NCBI GenBank assembly: GCA_012026655.1
Contig: JAAILG010000027.1
Location: 62,001 to 126,000 of the forward strand
DNA from: Hydrolagus affinis
Lineage: Eukaryota
Length of the DNA: 64,000 nt
Direction of reading: 5' to 3'
In this document: positions 48,773-63,337 of the stretch, one piece after another
Layout of the letters: the number at the start of each line of letters is the position of its first letter
How positions within the stretch are numbered: position 1 is the stretch's first letter
Position numbers and translations under genes: made by a program
Notes under the pieces: model-generated
The model's database searches: none
Told to the model about the DNA's origin: nothing
What the model saw: the letters and a program-made list of their open reading frames with translations, nothing else

Positions 48773-51700
48773 TTCAGGGTATACATAAATTGTCTGTTTT
48801 CTTTTATCAAACAGGGCATTTATTTCTATCCTGCTTGGGTAGAATGTCACTTGCTTCCAAATTCAGTCCCACAGCAGTCTGACACTAATGTGTGCCAAGG
48901 TTTGGCCAAGTGCACTGACCGTCCTAATTTTATTTCCTAGGTTTGTACGTTTAAAACCTTTTTTTCCTTCTGACTCCTTTGGTGGAGGAATCTTAAGAGG
49001 TCAGGGTCTATTCACCGCTAATTTTACATGCCACGACCCTCCTCCGAGCACAGTGTGATTTCTCTGCGAAACTGTATTACAGCTGAATAAATTAACACAA
49101 ATGACCCAGACAGCTCTCTTCCTGATTTGTCACGAGTCCAACATTTCCTTCACAGCTTCCAGCACACAGTTTTTTTTTGGGGGTGGAGTGGAATTCACAC
49201 TATCTTCTATTTTTAAGCAATCTGATGTGTAAGTGTGTGAAATAAAGTACCACCTGAATTATCCTGCACAAAGTGCTGGGACACAAGAAAATAAATTCCA
49301 AGGAATAATATTTTGACGGGAATTATTTTTCCACATTTACCCAGCCCAGTATCCGTTCCTCACGCCCTGCCCTCTCTTTCTCTTTCTCTCTCTCCCTCTG
49401 CAGCCAGCTTGTTTCTTTTTCAAGCTGTGAGTGAGAATGCCCTTTATTAAAAATATCAGCGGTAGGCTTGGATTTCACAACTAGCAAAGGACCGTTCAGC
49501 TTCACCGCCTGTTACCCTCGAACGCTGCGATGCAACAGATACATTTCAGATCAAGAATATCCCTCTGTCCCCCCCCCACCAATATTCCCCTCTGTGCTGC
49601 TGCTCAGTGTATCTACTTCACTGCCAGCAAACGGTCGGAGCCCAGGTTATTCCAGTGCAAGGACTCAGTGCAATTAAACATTTATAAAAAGATATTTGTT
49701 AAGCACAACAAATATCAGTCATTGCATGTTGTTTCTTCACATCAGCACAAGATCAATGTGCTCTCAAACCAGGTACCCAAGGCACAGAGAGGGGAGTCAA
49801 CAAAGGAAGCAGAAAGGCGGGTCCTGGATCCAACATTGGAGAATGCAACCAAACAGTAGAGTGATTGTTATATTAAAAAAAACAGGAGAATGCTGGAAAT
49901 GTGCAAGTCAACAGGCATCTGAAAGAAAAAGGTTAATGTTTCGAGGAGGATTCTTTGCCTGAATTAAAACGGCTGGGGTGGAACAGCCCCCTTTATATGC
50001 TACATGAGGGCACTGCAGGCAAATAAAGACCAGTAGCTTTTGAAGGAAAGAGCTAACAGTACACAAAGGGGCTAACCTTTGGATCATTAACAGATTATGA
50101 GGTGCTGGCATTCAAGGCTGGTGCAGGTAGAACACAGGTGGGTGTGTAAGAAAGCACAAAACCTTTGTACGGATCTGGATTTAAAATAATAATCTGGGGT
50201 GGGGTGGGTGAGGGGTGTGGAAATGGAGGAGGCGGCTAAAGGTTAGAAGGGCTGAAAAGGAAATCTTGGGCCCCTAGAAATCTGAGGTTAAAAGCAGAGA
50301 ATGCTACAAATGCACAGCAGGCAAAACAGCATCTGAAAGAGAAAGACAGGAGGACAAAGCCTCGGAAACCCCAGGGTGATTGTTATTAGCTGCGCTGCTT
50401 ATTGCTGCTTTAAATGTGAAAGATGTCCTTATTTTTTTCATAAAAAGAGAGAGCTGCCTCATCCCCTGCTGAAGTGTACCACTCGAGTGAGTGGCACATG
50501 CTAGCAATTACACCTCACTCCTATCCTGCCCATTGCACCAAATAAGAATAATAATCCTTGCATTTGATATAGCGCCTTACCACTTCTTCGAGGTATCTCA
50601 AAGCGCTTCACAGAACATACTGTAAAGTGATTTGACCATCAGACACCAGTATGAGCACCAGTCACAGAGTTGCAGGAGGGAAAACACTACCAGCGTTTGT
50701 TTGATATCTTGTTCCTTCTTTTATATATCAAAAACAAAATAAAAAAAACAATATTACCACTGCGCTATGAGATTGTTTTTGCCATCATTATTATGGAAAC
50801 CTGAATTGAGCCCCGAGTCAAAACTTGCATCCTCATTGTTCTTTCTTTGGGGGAAAGAAAATGTGATAATTAAGTAAAAGTTCTTGCTTTCATTTTCCAG
50901 TTTGAGTGGCTTTCAACCTCCTCCCCTATTTCCAGCCAGTGTTTAATTGCATGGCAACTTAGCATGCGTCAGCGTTGTGGGAGTGTGGTGGGGAAAAATG
51001 CATCTCATGACATTGCAGATAGAATTAAACCATCCTGTTTAGTGATTCCACCCAGAAAAAGAAATTTAAAAAAAGTATTTTTTTTAATGATGTGCAGCAT
51101 AAACCGAATATTGTACAGGGAAATTGGTGGAATAACCAGTGTTTTCCCTTTACGACTTGACACTTGTGAGTTATTTTCCTGAAGCAAAGCCTTGGTTCCA
51201 CTATTCCCCTTCGGATCAAATATTAATCCTCAGAGCCTTGCGGATGAGCTATCTTTTCTGAGCACGATCATATTGCACGCAGCACCAATCAGTTGTCCAG
51301 TTGTGTGTAGCATTTCCTGCTGTGATCCTTTAAAGTGTGTCTAAACTTAATCTTAGAATTTTAAACATGGACCGGCTGAAAAAAAATGGCCTTTTGGAGC
51401 AAGCGTACCAACAGGCCAATTGTTTGGCATGGTGTATACTTGATTAATTGTGGTGCACTGAGGAGCGGGAGTCTTGGGGAGATGCCACATTTAGATCCGA
51501 AAATAATCATGAATAGGTTTAGAGTTAGAACAGCATTTTCATTGGGGTCAGGGTTGGGAGTGAGGAGAGTAGGAGAATAGGAGCAACTGTAAAATAATAA
51601 AACTAAAGAGCGGTAGGAAAGAGGAGCACTGGAAATGGATTTAAGAGCTTCAGTTGATGAAATTAATTTTGCGATGTGAAGGCATCGTTCATTTGGTTCA

Positions 51701-52673
51701 ATACAAAATGATGTGACTTGATTTTAGTTTGCAAAAGAACACAGACAATTCAGGAAGACTGAAAGTCCCTGGTGCTTTTAAGAATTCATCCTTTGAGAAC
51801 TGTACCAGCAATTCACCAGCATGGACGAAGCATTCAGAGGCACTAATTAACCAGTGAAGTAAGCAGTGCTCTTCTGTCTGGCACAGTCTATTTTATGATG
51901 CCCACTATTCGATATCACTTCTACTGAAGGTGAATCAAAGCGCAGGAAAGTGCGTTTGGGGCTCAATGTAAACATCTTGTGATCTTCAAAGCGTTAAACC
52001 TAGAGACTCTGACCCCCATAATCATTTTGAAGGCTATGTGGAGAGAGAAAAAAATTGAAGTCTAATAAGGCTTCAGAATAAAGGTTGACCAGTGTACACA
52101 ACAGATCCTTTAATCAGGGGATCAGGAGAGTTTGGACATTTTTCTTCAGTTTATGAACCGACCAGATCACCATTTTCTGCTGCTGTTGATCCTCCATATC
52201 CCATCTGGAATGCTAACCTGCCATTATACCTCAGCAAGTCTATCTTTACCACCTGGACTATTCAGTCTTCCAAACCCCTTTATTTGTCCTCGAGGCTCGC
52301 TGCAAAGAACTTAATACGTGTTGCTAGGCAACTCCGCAGATGAGAAAATATGTTGTTTAGGCTACAATTTTTTTTTAGATCATACACTGGCCCTAATGCC
52401 TTGACAATAGGCTCTGCAAACTATACACTGATAATTCTCTGCAAATTTTACAAAAGATTGGGGAAGAGTATTAATTGATGCTGAAAATAATGACACAGAG
52501 AGGCACAACTGAGGCTTAGTGTGACTGGCATGTGATAATCTTCCCAAGACAGTCTAATGCAATACACACATCTTCTCCAAACACCACTAACTCTGAAAAC
52601 AGCAAAACAAATTGTGTTACTTTGATTGTATTTTTGTGGACCATTTGGACAGCGTTTTTGTTTTAAAATTACA

Positions 52674-52980
52674 GGGAGTCTTATAGCTCAGTGGTCAGAG
52701 CATTCGCCTTACAAGTGAAAAACCTGGGTTCGATTCCCAGCAGGGCAAAACCTTGGACAAGTTTCCTTACTCCACATGCCTGATAATAATCCCTCAAGAA
52801 ATAAAAACAATAATGAATTGGTCATTTCAATCCACAACTATTTGTGGGACACTATTATGCACAATTGCCTGTTTTGTCCACAAATATAGTCAATTCACTT
52901 TACAGTCTATTCTGTGAAGCGCTTTGAGACATATAGAATACATGAAAAGCGCTATATCAAATACAAAGATTATTATCATT
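52674..52980 (+). mobile_element. Young tRNA-derived SINE, full length
   Basis: ggagtcttatagctcagtggtcagagcattcgccttacaagtgaaaaacctgggttcgattcccagcaggg...gtgaagcgctttgagac...gattattatc. Confidence 0.92.
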
Positions 52981-55900
52981 AAATAACACTTTGTGTTATC
53001 CCTCTTTGCAGATTAAATTTAATCTTGTGTTATGTTTCATCAGACCGAGGAATAGCTTTGAAATGTACGCTGAAATGCTGTTAACAAAGTTGTTGGGTGT
53101 ATGGAATCCATTCCTTAGTAATAGCAGGAGTAGATGAACAATGATGAAAAATACTAACACAGCAAGAGAGTTCACAAACCACAGCTTAATATAATGGACT
53201 TTCAGATAGAGGTGGGGATAAAATATCTGTCATTTTCCCACTGCTTACCTAGGTAGGACCACCTTACTTGTTAGGCTTGTAGTGTTAACAGGAGCTGAAT
53301 GAGAAGAATCCCTGTAAAAAAAATTAATTCTGCATGCAGAGATCTGAGCATTTGTACTGGACTGCCTCAAAAGACTGCCTCAATCAAAGTTTGATTGAGA
53401 TATTTGAACGAGAAATGATAAGATATTTGGTAAGCAGATATTATGGGATATGAGGAAAAGGCATGTAAAATGGAATTAATAAAAGTGGCTAAGAAAGCAA
53501 CAATTTTAATACAACAAATTTCATCATACAACAGAATAAAAACAAAAGTACATTTATAGAGCGCCTTCCATGTTGGGAGGACGTCCCACATGATACAAGG
53601 AAAAGCAAACACTCAAGAAGCAGACAAGAAACAGCTATTTCTTACGTCCTACGTAACAACTGTTTATTCCAGATTCATGTGCAAAACTGCCATCAGTTAC
53701 TCCTGATTCAATGCTCTATTACTAGCAGAAACTATTCTCACCTCAGTGAGTGAGAGAAGCTTCTCTGCTGCTTCAAATCTCCTTGATGAACCTACGACAA
53801 TCCAGTTCCTCTTCAATTAGACCCTCTCATGGTTCACACCTCTCCCCCTAATCCACACAGCTTCTCAGTAGCCATTATCTTGGTCTAGACTCCTCGCTAA
53901 CAACAACAAATAGTCCAGATCTGCCAGATCAATTACTTCTCCTGTTCAAGTCCATTACCCATAAGCAATTTCTCTCAGAACCTGGTAGAGGAACAGAAGC
54001 TACTGTCAGTGGAAGCTCCATGTAGTTTGTAGCAGCTCATTTCAATGATTTGAAACAGTGAAGGCAACCTCTGTGACTGAAATTTGAAACACAGACTTAA
54101 TGCCTCCCTGTGTCCTGCAGAAATTAATCTTTGAAAAAAAGGATCCATGTCTTTTTTTAAAAAGCGAAAAATACAATTCACTTTTAAGTCTTTTTACCTC
54201 CCCACATCACCCCACTCCACCACGCTGTGCTCCAAAGATTATTATTAAAGTAAAAGTCAAATTGAAATACAAAATAGGTGTAAAAATATATGTGAATCCA
54301 ATGCATCAAGCGATGACAGAGTATCAAAAACATTCTGATTGTGATGTGACCTTCATAACCCATGAAGGATGAATATTTGGGGTACTCAGTGATTCCCTGG
54401 GGGATATCTTCTATTAATTCACTAGACATTCAGTACAGCTTAGCATCAGTGATTCAGTAGCCCAGTTGCAATACCATTTTGAATATTGTAAAGATCATCT
54501 TCTGTCTTATTGAGAATGAGAATAAAGCAAATCACTCAGATGTTAATCTTAATGTACTGGATTAATGGGTTGAACGCAGTAACAGCTACCAGCAAAATAT
54601 TAGTGTAAAACACATCTGATCTTGAACTGTATGCAGAAAATGGTTAAAATAAAGCAATAGACAACGTGTTTTTTTGCTGCTTAATGAAAAGAATGGTAGC
54701 AAGAGCTCAAACTGCTTCACTCTTGCAAGTGATTACCTCTACATTTTATTTAAAATCTGTGCTAACTGCTACTTATATTTTTTTAAATGCAGAATAAAAG
54801 GTGCAAGTTCGGATCCCACTGAAACAAGTTAATGGCCACAAGAATCTTTAAGAACAGCCCACTTGATTCCTTGCGTCAAAATCCTAAAAATATTCTATAG
54901 GAAAACAATCCTGCATCTTTCCACATCTGTAAATCCAGTTATGCTTAATGATGAACAGCAAGCAAGTGGTGGAGCTGAAATACAGCCCACACAATGACAT
55001 GGGTAACACCGAGGTGGTGTATTTTGAGTTGCCTTGATTTTTACCTTGAATGCTCTTTGTGGAGCAGATGAATCCTTTCACACACTCTTTGGCATCTGAC
55101 GATGAAATGCCCTGACACACTGCATCTAAGCACATGTGTGTCAAGCGGATTGTCCGACTAGCCTGGTCAAGCCATAACCATAAGGTCATTCACCAACTTG
55201 ATAAGTGAAAATGGGAGTGGGGAAAATCCACTCACTGCTTTTGTCCTATTTTCAGTAATGGTCAGAATCAGTGCTAATTAGGGCCCTAGGGGGAGTTGTT
55301 TCTGTGTGTGGTGTGATGCTTGCGGGAATGGGAGGAGAACGAGAGGGACAGTGAGCAAGTAAAAGAAGGAGAAGCCAGTGATTGAAGACAGAATGAAGTA
55401 TAACTTTTAAAAGAATGCTCCAAGACTCTCCAAGACCGCATGTGAAGGCTGCTAAATAAATACTTGTCGTTGTTGTTGAATGTCCTTTATTGGAGACGAC
55501 TTGAGTAAATGCCACACTTACAGCTTCAATAACACTTCAGCATTTATTTGACGAGGAATGAAACCATTAATGACACAGAAGTAAAAGATGGCAGCTTATT
55601 ACTGCAGCTAGATGTTAACCACAACAAGCTTCAGATTTCATCTGTGAACCTTCTGGCTAATTTCTCTGCCCCCAGGCATAAAACTAAACTGGAATCCATA
55701 CAAAAATGGTCACCGCATTTTGATCTATTGGAACCCAAGGATACATAGCACCTGCACAAATGACTAATTGCTGGAAACCCATTAGGAGTCCTAGTGTGCA
55801 CTTGCTTCAATAGAATTCCTTTCTCCTTTCTGACACACCTGTAAATCCTATAATTGCCATTGTGTTTACCAATGAAACCACTGTGACTTCTGAACAGGTC

Positions 55901-56049
55901 TTATGCTTCTTTAGATACAACCTAATGATTAATCTGACAAGGTTTTAAGAAGCCTGCAAAGAAAAAGGAAAATAAATAAAATACAGTTTGTATTTATTTG
56001 GGAAGAGGGCTGATGTATTTTGTGAATGACATCGCTACCTGATATTTGT

Positions 56050-57275
56050 GATATCTGTGACCAGGGTTCCCTCTGCCTCCTTATCCTCCTGGACCTGTCA
56101 GCTGCCTTTGACACAGTCGACCACGCCATCCTCCTCCACCGCCTGTCCTCCGCCATCCACCTCAGTGGGACCGCACTCGCCTGGTTCGAGTCCTACCTCA
56201 CAAACGTTTTTTCCTCCCGCACTCACACAGTTACCTGTGGGGTACCCCAGGGATCCATCCTTGGTCCCATCCTTTTCCTCATCTACACGCTTCCTCTTGG
56301 GGATGTGATCCGCAGACATGGGGCACACTTCCACATGTACGCGGATGACACCCAACTCTATCTCTCCACTTCACTGTGACCCCCAGTCCCCCGATGTTCT
56401 GTCAGCCTGCCTTTCAGACATCAGGGGCTGGATGAGTGCAAATTTCTTGCAGCTGAATGTTGACAAGACGGAGGCCATACTCCTTGGCTCTCGTCAATGT
56501 CTCCATTCGCACGGCTCTCACCTCCTCCACCTTCCCGGCCTGCCCCTAAAACTCACCGAACCTGTGCGCAACCTTGGCATCAGGTTCGACCCCCAACTGT
56601 CCTTCCTCCCCCACATCCGGTCCGTCACCAGCACTGCCTTCCACCACCTCCGATGGATCACCCGTCTCCGGCAATACCTCACCTTAAAAGCCGCCAAAAC
56701 CTTGGTCCACGCCTTCATCACCTCTCGGCTGGACTATTGCAACGCCCTCCTCGCCGGTCTCCCCTCCACCACAATCCACAAAATCCAGCTTGTCCAAAAC
56801 TCTGCCTCCCACATACTCACCCACACCAAGCTTCGCTCCCCCATTACCCCAGTCCTTGCCAGACTTCACTGGCTCCCTATCCCGGAGAGCATCGACTTCA
56901 AGATCGTCACCATTGTTTTCAAATCCCTCCATTCCTCTGCACCCCCTATCTCTCTGATCTCTCTCCCCAACCCAGCACCCGCTGCCTTCGCTCCTCTGGG
57001 TCTGGCCTCCTCCATGTCCCCCGAGTCCTCCGCTCCACCCTCGGCGGCCGTGCCTTTAGCCACTACGCCCCGAGGCTCTGGAACTCCCTTCCTCACTCGC
57101 TTCGCTTCGCCCCCTCTCTTCCCAGTTTCAGGTCACAGTTGAAGACCTTTCTCTTCGACCGAGCTTTTGGTCACCTTCCCGCCCCTGCCCCTGGCTCGGT
57201 CCCGGGATCCGCTACTGTGAAGCGCTCTGAGACGCCGTCCGGCGTGGAGGGTGCTATATAAATCGAAGTTGTTGT
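56050..57275 (+). mobile_element. L2 LINE, 5'-truncated, with degenerate reverse transcriptase and 10-bp TSD
   Basis: RT motifs [39 protein letters not shown] (YADD 56338-56349), WMSANFLQLNVDKTE, FITSRLDYCNALL. Frameshifts near 56375 and 56945. (GTT)n tail. TGATATTTGT at 56040-49 and 57276-85. Confidence 0.96.
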
Positions 57276-59534
57276 TGATATTTGTATTCGATTCTTTTAA
57301 AGACAACATCTGCCGGAAAGTGTTTTATTTCAGGGACATCTCACCGTCAAGTGAGGGAGAATGCAATGTTCCCCCAGCGTATATTTTCCTGTTGAGAAGT
57401 ATGCAGATAATGAATGGCAATGCCAATTCTGCTCTTTATCCAGCCAGTAAAGGATAATAGTAGAATAGGAACAATCCGTATTGACCATCCTCTGTAGATA
57501 AGGTATTTGTTCACTCTACAATATCTCCCTGTACAGTGACAGGCCTGAGCATGACTGGGGTCGGGGGGTGGGAGGGGTCAATTTCCTTTTTCACACCTTG
57601 TCTCCATTGGTGCCGTAACACCTGGAGACAGCTGCTCCTCAATCTTTGAAATGATAAACTGGAGGCGGTCTCCTCAGAAACACGCCTTTACTATTTCAGG
57701 TTATGAAGAGTTTGAACCATTGTGAACTTGATCGTTATCCCCAATAATCTGCATTGGGCACTCTTCACGAGGAATGAATGCAACAGGCAGCAATATACAG
57801 GACGTGAGCACGGATAAACACCACAGATTTGATAGAGTGCCTTATTACATCATTGAGACGTCTCAAAGCACTTCACAGGATACACTGTAAAGTGGCATGA
57901 CTGTGTATTCCTGTGAGCGTAGCTTGCCACAGTTGCACACAGCAGTGTCCCACCAACAGCCGTGGAGTGACCAATTTTGTTTGGAGAATTGTTAGCCAGG
58001 ACACTGGCCAAAAACACAAGATAAACATAAAAGCAGCTCAGCTTTTTAACCAAAATAACTTAAATATACTTCATTAGCAGTCCTTGCAGTTAAAACTATC
58101 AGTGAAAGAAGGCTCAGAATATATTCCAGAATTGCTCCACAAACACAATTATATAGCATTCGATATAACTGAAGTTATTCAAAAATGCTGCAATGCTGCT
58201 TTAATGGACAAAATCTCATTGTATTGTAAAATAAATGATTGGGTCCAGACAATAGAAAATAGAAATGTATCTTTATTGCCTATTAATTTTTCATGCAGAA
58301 ATATACAAATGTGCATCTAACTATTGTTCTGGATCCTGGTCTCCATTTTCAGGCCTCAACTGTAACCTTAGGGCATGCAAACATGTAGATAACTGTGGCT
58401 AGCATGAATCGTTTACGTGGTAAGTTATCTGTTAGAAAATTGTGGAAAACTCTTTGATTTCTTAAATGGGGTCGAACTGAATACGTGCGTTGCACCAAGT
58501 TTTCAATATGCTGCTCAAGTGATCCATCAAGCGGTACAAAACTGCATCGGTGACTGCACTTCCCCCAATCCCTTCTCTGATATCTGGCAGGAATAATGAA
58601 CCACATTTTTAGCAATAAAATTCAGTGACCAGCTGTCCAACGAGGTAGGTCTGTGAGCGAAGTCCTCATGCCTTATTGCTCGCTAAATAGGCTACACTGT
58701 GCTAATTTTCGAAAAATGTTGGCAATTACCATTTTCCTCAGCTTCCATGCTAACAGTGCTTCATACAAGCGCACATGAGCCAAAACAAACATCCCCAATA
58801 AATTCTTTTAACATTCACACTGTAGCCGCTGAACCTGCTGAATCATAGGCCATGGCAAACTGGCTGGCGTGATGTCTTCTAACCAGATTTCACATCCGTC
58901 ACTATAAAATGTTCAGTGGTTCAAGGGCTTGTTCCATTCTGGAGAAAGGTCAGTGTTAGCCACCTTATGGCTGTAACCCTTTCAAATGGAGAAGCCTGAC
59001 TCAACCCTGGCTGACGGGAAGTCACACAAATTGCTAATTTTACTTTTAGATATATTTATAGACAGCGGTTACCAGAATGAAGATGGATTGATAACTTCTA
59101 TTGCAGGATCACTTAAGCCTGAAAGGAAGATCGTGCAGTATATAAAAGATAACCCAAACGTTTCTTTATCAGGCCTAACTCAGCAGAATATGTTGTTTTT
59201 TCCAAACATCTCGCATGGCTTTTCCAAACTGCCTTAATTGCCATGCTGTACACAGGTTTTCGAAAAGGGAAATAAAGTGCTCACAAAAGCTTTGAACTCA
59301 AAGGTAATTCTCCGATTCCAGCTGCTCATTCCAATTGTCCAGTGTAAAACTGCCGAGTGGGTCTCGCCTTTCATTCATGTGTATCCATTCCATTGTGTGA
59401 GAAACAACATGGTTTAAAAATGCTCCTATTAACACGACTGACCGGGGGCTGGTAAAACGGCCCGAATTGAAACGTGGATTGTCGATTGTCAACCAAAATC
59501 TATCTAGGCACACGTAGACATGTATGGGGAATAA

Positions 59535-59851
59535 TAACAGTAATAATCCTTGCATTTGATATAGCGCATTTCATATTTTATCAACGTTCCAAAGCACTTC
59601 ACAGAATATACTGTAAAGTGAATTGACTGTATATATTTGTGGGCAAATCGCGGCAGCCAATTGCATACAGCAATGGATTGAAATGACCAATTTTATTATT
59701 GTGTGTTTTTTTGGAGGGATTATTATTCGGCGTGTGGAGTAAGGAAACTTGCCAAGGTTTCACCCTGACCTGCCTGGATTCGAACACAGGCAGCTTGGTC
59801 TCCCCAGCTTGCAAAACAAGTGCTCTAACCACTGAGCCACAGGAGCTCCAC
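59535..59851 (-). mobile_element. Young tRNA-derived SINE, full length, minus strand
   Basis: taataatccttgcatttgatatagcgc...gtggagtaaggaaacttgccaaggttt...tgctctaaccactgagccacaggagctccac. Confidence 0.92.
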
Positions 59852-61534
59852 AATATATTGCATGCTGTTCTTAAAGCATTTCAGTCCACTTCGACAAGAC
59901 CAGTCACAGATCTGGAAGAACATAGCAGCTAATCTCTATTATTTCTTTACAACAAACTGTAAACAAAACTTCCTGGATACTTAGTAAGATGAACTTTGAC
60001 TTGAAATATCACTAATAATTGATAGCAAGTTCTGGCTAGAAACATGCAAATCAAATAGTGGGACACATGCCAATCTACAATAAGGCACACACTGGCTTCG
60101 ATTCACCCCCACTCTTTCTCTCTATCTCTGTGGTGAACAAGAGTAATTCCTGAAACAAACAATTCAATATTCCTAGGTCTGTTGAAATGATTTCCCAATT
60201 TGTATCTCTCCCATCTCCGATCAAGATCCCTTGATCTCGTGCCATTGGGTCAGCTCACCAATACAGGGCCATGTCCATCGCTGTTGTTTCTATTGTGGCA
60301 ATATAACAACTGCTGTTCCTCCCACTCCCAATCCAATATCACTTCACATCAATTTCAAACGTTCACTTTGTATCTCACCGATTATGAAAACCACAGAAAT
60401 CAGAGCAATAACATCGTACTGCCAGCAACTACACTGTTGTTTACTAAACACGTAAATCATTTCAAAGGGTCCTAGATACTGTGAAGCACACACAGACCAG
60501 TGAGAGTATTTCGGAACAGGGTTCAAGTGGAGAGCTCCTTTGGAGGAGCTAGCACTAACACAGACACAAGGTGGAAAGAGTAGGGGAATTAGATGCGAGT
60601 CAAATTTTAAGATTAGCTAGGTTGGTATGTTTGAGGGGATTATGTGTAGGTGGCTGTATATGGATGGTGGTTGGTTGTGTACATGAGTGAGGCGGGGAAG
60701 GAGAGCGTAAGAATCCCCTTTGCTGAAATTCACTGCCAATTGGAGCTCACAGACAGCGAGGCATTCGGACAATGTTGTGCCTAAAGATTTGATAGTATTT
60801 ATTGGCATTTCACAGAATTCTTCAATGTGTTTGCAAACGAGAAGTGTCACAATTCAATGCTTAGTTCCAGTTCCGCTTGTTAAACTATCAATCAAAAAGC
60901 CAGACAAAAATAAGACGCCAAAAGAAAAACATAAATAAAAGTGGCAGAAAGAGAAAATGAAAAGACATAAAAACACTTCAAATGTGAGAAAAAGAGACGA
61001 TCAAAAGGAAAAAGAAAAATATTGAATAAACCTGATTAAACACAAAGTTCTCTGTTTAAGATTTGTGTTCCACACATGCAAGCATGCTATTGCTGTATCA
61101 CTGAAAAGGCATGAATTTGCTTGCAGCTAAATTCATCTGATTTTTTTTAAAAACTGAGATTCAGTGAAAATTAAAATGTTGAAATTCAAAGGAGGTAAAG
61201 ATAGCAACCACAAACTGATCAATTTGTCAGTTATCGGCTAAGTTAAAGCACCAGTGTAAAATAGTAGCTATGTTTCAGTTTGAGCAAACCAGCCTGAAAG
61301 CTAAACATCCCAGGCGGATGAAGAAACCCCTATGGTCCATCTGATCTCATCACTCCACAATATCTCCACTGTCCTCCCCAACATCAACCATTTTTTTTTC
61401 CAATGAGAATGAATCCCAAATAAATATTTACATTGATATGGTTCCATTCATGTAAAGGCATCACATTACAACTGCCGTTGTGGACACTGAGCAGGAGAGT
61501 AAAGAGATTTGAAGAGATGCTGACAAAGATATTA

Positions 61535-61856
61535 TTATAATGATAATAATTATAATAATCCTTGCATTTCATATAGTGTTCTTCACATCTTACAGATGTC
61601 TCAAAGCGCTTCACAGAATATACTGTGAAGTGAATTGACTGTATATTTGTGGGCGAAACACGGCAGCCAATTGCGCACATCAGTGTCCCACAAACAGTTG
61701 TGGATTGAAGTGACCCATTTATTATTGTTTTTTGAGGGATTGTTATCAGACATGTGGAGTAAGGAAACTTCACCAAGGTTTTGCCCTGACTGGAACTAAA
61801 CCCAGGTCTCTCACTTACGAAGTGAGTGCTCTAACCACCAAGCTACAGGACTCCAC
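61535..61856 (-). mobile_element. Young tRNA-derived SINE, full length, minus strand
   Basis: ataatccttgcatttcatatag...cccaggtctctcacttacgaagtgagtgctctaaccaccaagctacaggactccac. Confidence 0.92.
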
Positions 61857-61861
61857 GTTTG

Positions 61862-61919
61862 ATGACATGGCCTAGTCACCTCTCTCCCTGCCTGGAGAGA
61901 GATGACTAGGCCATGTCAT
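61862..61919. repeat. Near-perfect hairpin, 26-bp stem, 6-nt loop
   Basis: atgacatggcctagtcacctctctcc ctgcct ggagagagatgactaggccatgtcat; one mismatch. Confidence 0.95.
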
Positions 61920-63337
61920 AAAAGTTTGGGGTTTGATGGTGGAATAAAACAAGCAGGGACCGAGCAGTACAGTAAACAAAAACCAAGGACAATATCACAA
62001 ATACCTGAAGCCAAGCTGTTACTGTGTACACAAAAGCCTGCATGTTGGGTACAAAACATGGCAAATTACATGCATGCCAAACAAGCTTTTACCCTCCATC
62101 GATGGCGTCAATGGAAATATGTATTAAAAATAATCAATACATTTATTTTTCTGTAAACTGTCCATTAGAGTTTCTGATGTTAGCCTGGAGCTATATAAAA
62201 TGGTTATCATTTCAGACCTGCTCATTTAGCCTGGGTTAGAAACATCCAAGGGGATTATCATTCACAAAAAAACAAAGGCTCAAGACAACCGTGCCGTGCT
62301 CTTTATTCTTTAAATGCACACAGAGGCGGCAGTGGCTCAAGCATCATTCGTCTCGGAAGTCAGACCAGCTTTTGTTTAAGCTACTTTCAAACAAAAGACA
62401 TTTCCTCCCCCTATTTTAATGCACTGTGCGGGATGTTTCTAGTTAAAAAGATGCTCTCAATCAAAATTACCCCACCCCACCTCAATAAGATCCATCTCTA
62501 ATTTGTACAAGTCCTTGAAAATGTTGCTGGAGCTGCTAGTGAAAAGCTCAAGCAGTGCATTCGAGTCGCTCCAGCAGGCAATAATATAGATAAACAATAG
62601 GCAGGAAGGAGTAATCTCATCAGCGCTCTTAATAATGGCATAAGACGCAGACAAAAGCTTGCAGCAGGGCTGTAACTCGCTCTGGTTTAGCGGAGATGAT
62701 TGCGACTGATGTATTCAAACAGATTAATTAATACCATGAACAACATTTGAAAAGGTTTAAACAATTTTTTTTTGGAGTAGCTTGCAGGCTGGATTGCAAT
62801 CCTCGGCTCCCTTAGTGCTCTCTCCTTGTCTTGTAAGCTCCAATCTAAAAGCTCTTCCACAAGCTAAAAACCCTGAGGGAGATACTCTTTGCAAGAGGTG
62901 TTGTGTGTTTGTCTTTTCGTGTGTATGTGGGGGAGGTAGTTATTCTCCACCGATATTAATGTCTGTGTTACACCTGAAACTGACTGCAATCTTAGAGTGT
63001 TTCCCAACCTCAGGAAAAGAAAATTTATGTGTGTCACCCAGGTGTCTGACAAACGCAGAAACCCATTACCATTCTTAAAGGTATCCAAACCAGATTCAGA
63101 GTTTCACATACGTACATCACTCAACTCAGGAAAGGTTTAAGACACAAATTGTTAAAGGCCATGGCTTGGCAATCCCAGATTGTGTGTTGAAATACTGCTG
63201 GAGTTTAACAAATTTAAATCATATACTGTAACTTGTCATTGCGAGCACTGTCCGCAAGCTTCATGCTAGCTGGTCCACCCTTGCAATTAGGACTTGCAGA
63301 GTTAATAGTGTCTAAATGGAAAGAATCATTTTGGCTC

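Noticed and set aside
48365-48850. Long ORFs spanning N runs (also 27464-27862 and 44928-45544)
   Set aside because: Artefacts of translating gaps as X; the real residues at 44928-45544 are L2.
56026-57261. Functional reverse transcriptase gene or novel RT system
   Set aside because: 5'-truncated, frameshifted, internally deleted L2 ORF2 with tail and TSD.
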